This document shows, piece by piece, positions 6,919 to 12,121 of a stretch of DNA of 12,121 nucleotides (position 1 is its first letter; the number at the start of each line of letters is the position of its first letter). Location: NCBI GenBank assembly GCA_963977445.1, contig CAXBPH010000211.1, positions 1 to 12,121 of the forward strand, given 5' to 3'. The notes beneath the pieces were generated by a model. That model was not told where the DNA came from and ran no database searches. It saw only the letters and a list, made by a program, of their open reading frames with translations. The translations under genes were made by a program, and so were the position numbers. Source of the stretch: an uncultured bacterium (GTDB lineage Bacteria > Hydrogenedentota > Hydrogenedentia > Hydrogenedentales > JAEUWI01).

Positions 6919-9045
6919 CTACGGTGTGGTGAAAAACTGGGGGGTGATGGCCAGCACGCCTTCCCGATTCAAGAGGTTGGCACATTCGAGCAGTTGAAGG
7001 GCGCTCTGGCTCCGTTGGGGGTCCAGGGTGTTCAATATGCCGGCCACGCTCGTGGGATCGGGGTTTCGGTTTGGTGCGAAAGATGTCGTGGGGTAATTTT
7101 CCTTCGCCTGTTGCCCTTCCGAGAAGGAAAGGTCACTGGGGCGATCGCCACCGCCAAAGAGGAAATGGAGAATGGCCTCGTCCAGATACTCCGGGTCGGG
7201 GAGGGGGCGTACATCGTATTTCTCCAGACCAACCAATTCAGCCGTGTAGGCGATGGCATCTTGAAGACCGCCGATGTTATCCACCAGACCCAATGCAAGG
7301 GCCTGTTTTCCCGTGAAGACCCGGCCGCCTGCCATTTCATCGATGGTCTTGGTGAGTTTGTCGCCACGGCCATCGACAACATGGTTCTTAAAGGTGCTAT
7401 ACGTGTCATCCATATAGGCCAACACCTTCACCCGCTGGGGCTCGGTAAAGGGCCGGGCCGTACTAATCCAGTCGGCATTGGCACCGCGTTGATAGGGGTG
7501 CCAGTTTACCCCGAGCTTATCCCACAGGCCTGTGGTCACAATTTTACCGCCCACTACGCCGATGGAGGCCGTGATGGTCGTTTCGTTCGCAAAGATGGCG
7601 TTGGCGTCGCACGATACATAATAGCCACCACTGGCAGCGAGGTTCCCCATGGAAACGACGAGGGGTTTCTTTTCCTTCAGCTTCATGGCGGCCCGTAAGA
7701 TGATCTCGCTGGCCGTGGCTGATCCACCGGGAGAATTCACCCGCAGAATAACCGCCTTGACGGTATCGTCCTCGGCGGCTTGTTCCAGAGCCTTGCGGAT
7801 GTCGCCACTGTAGGCCCCATTCGACTCGCTCATGGCGTCGGGATTGCTATAGCCCGGCTGGATGGTACCCTCGACGGAGACAATAGCAATGCTTTCTCCA
7901 ACATAGTCTGACGGCGGGACGCTGAAGTCGGCGAAGAGGATTTCGAGTGGTGCCAGGGGGCTATTCAAATCGATATCGGGGGGCTCGGGTTCGTTGTAGT
8001 GGTTGTCGATATAAATCTCTTCGCCATAGGTGAGCCGCAACGAATCGAGCAATTCATCGAGATAGAGGAGGGAGTCTACCAGTCCGAGTTCCAGGGCCCG
8101 TTCCGTTGTGTAGGGTCCCCCATCGATGAGGCGGCGCACATCATCCGGACTCTTACCACGGGCCAGGGCAATACGATCCACGCAGCTCTCATAGAGGCCG
8201 TCGAGGAGCCAGTTCATGGCCGCCTCGGCCTCGGGGCTGGGTTCGGAGCGCATGACAATTTCACCGGCCGACTTATAATCGCCCATGTGGACGATATCGG
8301 CCTCCACACCCAGTTTACTGAGTCCGTCTTTCAGGAAGAGTCCTTCCGTGTACATGCCGGTGAGATTGATGAAAGCCGTTGGGGCGGCGTTGATCTGACT
8401 GGCCCCCGCCAGCAGGGTATAGGTGCCCGTGGAAAGAAAGGCTTCCTCCGTGTGTATGTAAACCTTCTTGCCCGATTCATCCAGTGCGCGGAAGGCCCCA
8501 TAGAGTTCTTCGCCGTGGGCCAGATCAGCGGTAAAGCCATCGAGGGAAATTATCACCCCCTTGACCGATTCATCCGTTCGGGCCTTTTCCAGTTTCTTCA
8601 GGATGGAGCCGAGGGAGGGCGGGCCTTCAGAAAACGCGGCAAAGGCATCCCCCTGAGACGCTTCAGACATGGGGCCACGGAGGTGGATGTGTACCAGCCG
8701 TTCGGTATCTGCGGGGGGCACGTTGGTCGGCGGTGCGTAGGTGAGGAGGGGTATAAAAATCAGCAGGAAAAAGGGGGCTGCAATGACGCTGACACAACCC
8801 AGAATCACGCCGGAAGTCGCGAGACCGCTGCCCGAGCGTTGGGCATTCTTTCTAATATCGCTATGGGCCATGGCACCGAGAATGATGGCAGGAACGCCCG
8901 CGAACACCCAAAAAATGAGGCTGAGTAGCCCGAGAATAAAGGACAATATAGCTTTGGTGGATGTGTGGGCCTGGGGAATAGGGGGCGGATAGAGCCGATT
9001 CCCCGGGTGGCTTTCCTGTCCATGTGAATGGTCGTAGTCTGACAT
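6919..9045 (-). CDS. sppA: Signal peptide peptidase SppA (67K two-domain type, S49) with N-terminal DUF4190-like membrane domain
   Basis: DYKSAGE (catalytic Lys), LRVNSPGGSATAS, VVSMGNLAASGGYY (catalytic Ser), TASIGV, GGRVFTGKQALALGLVD. N-terminal AILSFILGLLS...AIILG...DIRK...GSGLATSGVILG. GAGG RBS upstream. Confidence 0.92.
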   Translation of the reverse strand: MSDYDHSHGQESHPGNRLYPPPIPQAHTSTKAILSFILGLLSLIFWVFAGVPAIILGAMAHSDIRKNAQRSGSGLATSGVILGCVSVIAAPFFLLIFIPLLTYAPPTNVPPADTERLVHIHLRGPMSEASQGDAFAAFSEGPPSLGSILKKLEKARTDESVKGVIISLDGFTADLAHGEELYGAFRALDESGKKVYIHTEEAFLSTGTYTLLAGASQINAAPTAFINLTGMYTEGLFLKDGLSKLGVEADIVHMGDYKSAGEIVMRSEPSPEAEAAMNWLLDGLYESCVDRIALARGKSPDDVRRLIDGGPYTTERALELGLVDSLLYLDELLDSLRLTYGEEIYIDNHYNEPEPPDIDLNSPLAPLEILFADFSVPPSDYVGESIAIVSVEGTIQPGYSNPDAMSESNGAYSGDIRKALEQAAEDDTVKAVILRVNSPGGSATASEIILRAAMKLKEKKPLVVSMGNLAASGGYYVSCDANAIFANETTITASIGVVGGKIVTTGLWDKLGVNWHPYQRGANADWISTARPFTEPQRVKVLAYMDDTYSTFKNHVVDGRGDKLTKTIDEMAGGRVFTGKQALALGLVDNIGGLQDAIAYTAELVGLEKYDVRPLPDPEYLDEAILHFLFGGGDRPSDLSFSEGQQAKENYPTTSFAPNRNPDPTSVAGILNTLDPQRSQSALQLLECANLLNREGVLAITPQFFTTP

Positions 9046-9210
9046 TCGGTGCCCTCATCTTTCGCTGTCGCGCGGTTTGGTTATCACCCAGCGGCAATAC
9101 GGTTAAATTAACGGCTGATGATAACACCCCAACCAGCGTACGGAATCGAGGACGAAAACGCAACCAGAGGTCCCCGGTGGCCGGAGCCCTACGTGTCATC
9201 AGAACGATAA

Positions 9211-9247
9211 CGGGCCCGGAAGCGTGGTGAATCGCTCCTCGGGCCCG
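9211..9247 (-). terminator. GC-rich hairpin downstream of yqaA, possible terminator
   Basis: CGGGCCCG..AGCG-loop-CGCT..CGGGCCCG stem about 27 bp after the yqaA stop. Only a weak U-tract (TTATCGTT) follows on the minus strand. Confidence 0.35.
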
Positions 9248-9273
9248 GTGCCAGATAGCATATAAGGTTGGTC

Positions 9274-9867
9274 TTAGTGGAGTACTTTCAGCAAGGCGAA
9301 TCCACCAATCAGCAAGATGGTGAAGGCAACGACCAGGACGTTAAACCACCGGTCGATAAAGCCCCGAATCGGCTCGCCGAAAAAGTAGAGCATCCCTGCG
9401 ACCAGGAAGAAGCGGGCGGCCCGACCGACCAGGGAAGCAATCATGAACATGGGGAAGGAGATATGGAAAACGCCTGCCGCGATGGTGATGACCTTGTAGG
9501 GGATTGGTGTGAAGGCGGCGACAAAAACGACCCAGAAATTGTAGGTTTCGTAGAGGCCGCCAACCATGTTGAACTTATCTTCCGAAAAGCCCGGCACATA
9601 GCTGTAGAAGAGCTGATCAACGGCGCCCCAGGCCCCCCAACCGATGGAATAGCCAATGGCACCACCAAGGACGGAGCCCGCCGTGCAGATGGCGGCAAAA
9701 CGCAAGGCCTGGGCCCGTTTTCCGACGCACAAGGGCAGTAGCAAGACGTCTGGCGGAATGGGGAAAAAGCTCGCTTCGGCCATGGCAAGGAAAAACAGCG
9801 CCACGCCGCCGTAGGGGGTCTCGGCCCAGCTCAACACCCAATCATAGAGATTTCTAACCCATTTCAT
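9274..9867 (-). CDS. yqaA: YqaA / DedA-family (VTT domain) membrane protein
   Basis: LYDWVLSWA, AEASFFPIPPDVLL, GSVLGGAIGYSIG, FTPIPYKVITIAAG, GRAARFF motifs; hydrophobic. Start at ATG 9867, or TTG 9873. Confidence 0.9.
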   Translation of the reverse strand: MKWVRNLYDWVLSWAETPYGGVALFFLAMAEASFFPIPPDVLLLPLCVGKRAQALRFAAICTAGSVLGGAIGYSIGWGAWGAVDQLFYSYVPGFSEDKFNMVGGLYETYNFWVVFVAAFTPIPYKVITIAAGVFHISFPMFMIASLVGRAARFFLVAGMLYFFGEPIRGFIDRWFNVLVVAFTILLIGGFALLKVLH

Positions 9868-9904
9868 TGGCAACGTATCCTGATGTGGTAAGGGAGAATA
9901 GAGA

Positions 9905-10660
9905 TTACAGCTCGATAGCTGGTTCGTAAAAATGATGCATAACGGCGTGATGGGTTACATCGCGATGGAGGGGCGTAATGCTGACCTTACCGGCTTCGAT
10001 TGCTTCAAAGTCCGTGCCCTCTTCCATGATGTGGGTGGGTTCGTCTCCACCAATCCAATAATAGGTGCCCCCGCGCGGGTCTTCACGCTTCACAATATCG
10101 TCCTGGTAGCTTCGACGTCCCATTCGCGTAATCGCGATGCCCTGAAGTTCCGCGTAGGGTCGATCGGGCACGTTCACATTCAATGTCGTGTCCGGGGGGA
10201 GAGGATGATTCAGCACGTAGCGGGCCACCAGGGCACCCACTTGCGCCGCAGTTTCCTGATAGAGGGGCTTGTAGCTTACATCGGATACGGCAATGGAAGG
10301 GACACCCAGCAGCATGCCTTCGAAGGCCCCGGCGACGGTACCGGAATAGGTAACATCGTCGCCGAGATTGGCCCCGGGGTTTATTCCGGATACGACGAGA
10401 TCGGGACGTTGCCCCAGCAATCGTCGTACGGCGAGCATCACACAATCGGTGGGGGTGCCGTCGACCATGTGCCAGCCGGGCTCAAGTTGTGTGACGCGCA
10501 GGGGTCTGTGCAGTGAAACGCTGTGTCCGACGGCACTTTGTTGGCTCTCGGGGGCATACACTTCCACCCGACCCAATGGTCGGAGTGCATCCGCAAGGAG
10601 GCGAAGTCCCGGGGCACGGATGCCATCATCGTTGGTAACAAGAATGAGGGGTGCGTTCAT
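9905..10660 (-). CDS. surE: 5'/3'-nucleotidase SurE
   Basis: ILVTNDDGIRAPG, GTPTDCV, PDLVVSGINPGANLGDDVTYSGTVAGA, LNVNVP, DPRGGTYYW, SITPL. Confidence 0.97.
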   Translation of the reverse strand: MNAPLILVTNDDGIRAPGLRLLADALRPLGRVEVYAPESQQSAVGHSVSLHRPLRVTQLEPGWHMVDGTPTDCVMLAVRRLLGQRPDLVVSGINPGANLGDDVTYSGTVAGAFEGMLLGVPSIAVSDVSYKPLYQETAAQVGALVARYVLNHPLPPDTTLNVNVPDRPYAELQGIAITRMGRRSYQDDIVKREDPRGGTYYWIGGDEPTHIMEEGTDFEAIEAGKVSITPLHRDVTHHAVMHHFYEPAIEL

Positions 10661-10918
10661 TAATCAATCAGACGGTCAAAGGGGACGCCAAGGCGTGGAA
10701 AAGGTCTCCATGTTATAACACACGCCCGGATATTGATTAAACATGGGGGCTTTTTTGAGACACGAGAACCATCCAACTCGATAATCGGAATAATCGATTC
10801 GATATTCTTAATGTAAATATGCGGAGTATGCGATACAATTGGGAAGAGCGTGTTGGCAATGTCCGTTGTTGGGGATTGTTTCAATCTCTCCAAATATGGA
10901 ATGTCGACGTCAAAAAAG

Positions 10919-10947
10919 TTGAGATTAGCTTACATGCTTTGTATAGT
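10919..10947 (+). promoter_or_regulatory. sigma70-type promoter for the response regulator
   Basis: TTGAGA(10919-10924)-N17-TATAGT(10942-10947), each 5/6 to consensus, about 90 bp upstream of the ATG. Confidence 0.6.
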
Positions 10948-11037
10948 CCCAATCGCACCGTGAGTTAAGGTTGCCAGTCTTAAAACGTTGTGGAAGACGA
11001 ACAATCCACCCATATCCGTGAACCTAGAGGTAATTTG

Positions 11038-11409
11038 ATGGAAAAACCATCAATACTGATTGTTGATGACGAGGATAACATCCGAGCTGCATTGGTTCGA
11101 TGGTTTACGCTCCGTGGTTTTGACGTAGTGGAGGCCATAGATGGCCTGGATGCCGTAGAAAAATTTAAAGCGGGGCGATTTGACGTGATTTCCATGGATA
11201 TGGAAATGCCTCGAATGGGGGGGCTGGAGGCACTGGTCGAAATACGCACCATCGACGACGATATACCCATTGTATTCGTTACGGGATTTCCGCGAGACGC
11301 CCAACTTGCACTCGATCGGGGAGCGGCTATGGTGCTTCATAAGCCGCTGCATTTGCGGGACTTGGAAGAAGAAGTCCGTGGGGTAATGCGCTTTCAGACC
11401 GAAGAATAA
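11038..11409 (+). CDS. Single-domain (CheY-like) response regulator receiver protein
   Basis: ILIVDDE, phospho-acceptor in SMDMEMPRMGG, PIVFVTG, HKP. No output domain. GAGG RBS before ATG 11038. Confidence 0.92.
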   Translation: MEKPSILIVDDEDNIRAALVRWFTLRGFDVVEAIDGLDAVEKFKAGRFDVISMDMEMPRMGGLEALVEIRTIDDDIPIVFVTGFPRDAQLALDRGAAMVLHKPLHLRDLEEEVRGVMRFQTEE

Positions 11410-11524
11410 GCGGGCGAGATCTTACGGGGCAGCGTGGGACAGGGGAAATTTTTTCGGGCACTTTGGGGAACTTTTTTCAGGCATTTGCCATTGTACCCTT
11501 TCGTCTATGTTTCATTTTGATTCG

Positions 11525-11570
11525 TTTTGTCAAGAAAGCTCTGGACAAAATACCTCATAACTGCTAAAAT
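11525..11570 (+). promoter_or_regulatory. sigma70-type promoter with an inverted repeat overlapping the -35
   Basis: TGGACA(11542-11547)-N17-TAAAAT(11565-11570) with extended -10 TG. TTTTGTC(11525-11531)/GACAAAA(11544-11550) inverted repeat. Confidence 0.55.
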
Positions 11571-11982
11571 CAGGTTTAGTGGCACCTTATTACATGATAT
11601 TCTCATAATTACGTCCATAGGACCGTTACATAATAGTGCGATTGTGAGATCGGGTGCCCGGGATACTTGGATACGTAGTGCATTCAGGCAGCAATGCGAC
11701 GGTGTCCGTGCTTTAGACACATTCACGGTATCCTGGAGGAACAATGCAGGTTCCCCGAAAGTCTGCCCGTTCAGGTGGTTGTTTGTGCTGAACACGGAAT
11801 CAGCCCACCCGCGTTTTTCAGGGGATGTTTGACGGCGATTCAAGCAGGTTCAGCTTGTTTTATGTGCTTGGGTTTTATAGTGAAGCGCCGCATTTGAAGT
11901 TTCGATATCGAATTCTTCGTTTGATGCGAATTACGGAAACAGAGTATGCGAATCCGCAAATCGGATAGTCTGGGGAGCTACG

Positions 11983-12121
11983 ATGGCAACCAGTAAGAGC
12001 AAGGCGGTTAAGAAAAAAACCGCCGTGAAAGCGACGGCCGCAACGCCTAAGCCCAAGGCCGCAGCGAAGCCCAAGGCCGCAGCGAAGCCCAAGGCCGCAG
12101 CGAAGCCCAAGGCCGCAGCGA
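11983..12121 (+). CDS. 5' part of a Lys/Ala/Pro-rich (histone H1-like repeat) protein, truncated by the window edge
   Basis: GGGGAG RBS then ATG 11983: MATSKSKAVKKKTAVKATAATP(KPKAAA)x4..., open to the end of the window. Not listed in the ORF track. Confidence 0.8.
   Translation, partial: MATSKSKAVKKKTAVKATAATPKPKAAAKPKAAAKPKAAAKPKAAA
12049..12121 (+). repeat. Perfect 18-bp tandem repeat AAGCCCAAGGCCGCAGCG, at least 4 copies
   Basis: Identical units at 12049, 12067, 12085 and 12103; the last base (12121) matches the start of a fifth. Encodes KPKAAA. Confidence 0.97.

Noticed and set aside
5817..8928. Long antisense ORFs 5817-6878, 6994-7698 and 7999-8928
   Set aside because: They fully overlap well-supported genes on the other strand and show no family motifs.
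9115..9157. Hammerhead-ribozyme-like words CTGATGA...GGACGAAA
   Set aside because: Stem II cannot form, because TAAC after CTGATGA does not pair with GGAC, and I found no stems I/III around a cleavage triplet.
11580..11594. sigma54-like TGGCAC-N4-TTACA
   Set aside because: The conserved -12 GC reads AC, and a better sigma70 promoter lies just upstream.
11505..11897. ORFs 11505-11843(-), 11527-11832(+) and 11694-11897(+), also 10660-10893(-)
   Set aside because: No convincing RBS or motifs, atypical composition, and they overlap promoter-like or structured elements.
12049..12121. Repeat array as a possible CRISPR
   Set aside because: Units are directly adjacent with no spacers, are in-frame coding, and no cas genes are present.

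Overview
Bacterial chromosomal window, GC-rich in coding regions with AT-richer intergenic stretches. Left to right: (-) hypothetical lipoprotein whose 3' end may be interrupted by an IS3-family-like terminal repeat at the window edge; (-) divergent GT4 glycosyltransferase; (+) cysD and cysN, the latter fused to a degenerate APS-kinase domain; (-) vapBC toxin-antitoxin module with a clear promoter/operator; (+) secreted clan GH-R (GH29/GH107-like) glycoside hydrolase; (-) DUF4190-SppA fusion; (-) yqaA/DedA and surE; (+) stand-alone response regulator; a ~570-bp structured intergenic region; and the start of a Lys/Ala-rich protein with perfect 18-bp tandem repeats running off the window. No single new multi-gene system can be proven from sequence alone. 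The best leads are a CysD carrying the CC...CxxC Fe-S motif paired with a pseudo-kinase CysN, a GH107-like hydrolase with Glu in place of the catalytic His, the DUF4190-SppA fusion, and a candidate switch-like RNA leader with a small ORF. All family assignments come from motif recognition by eye, not database searches.
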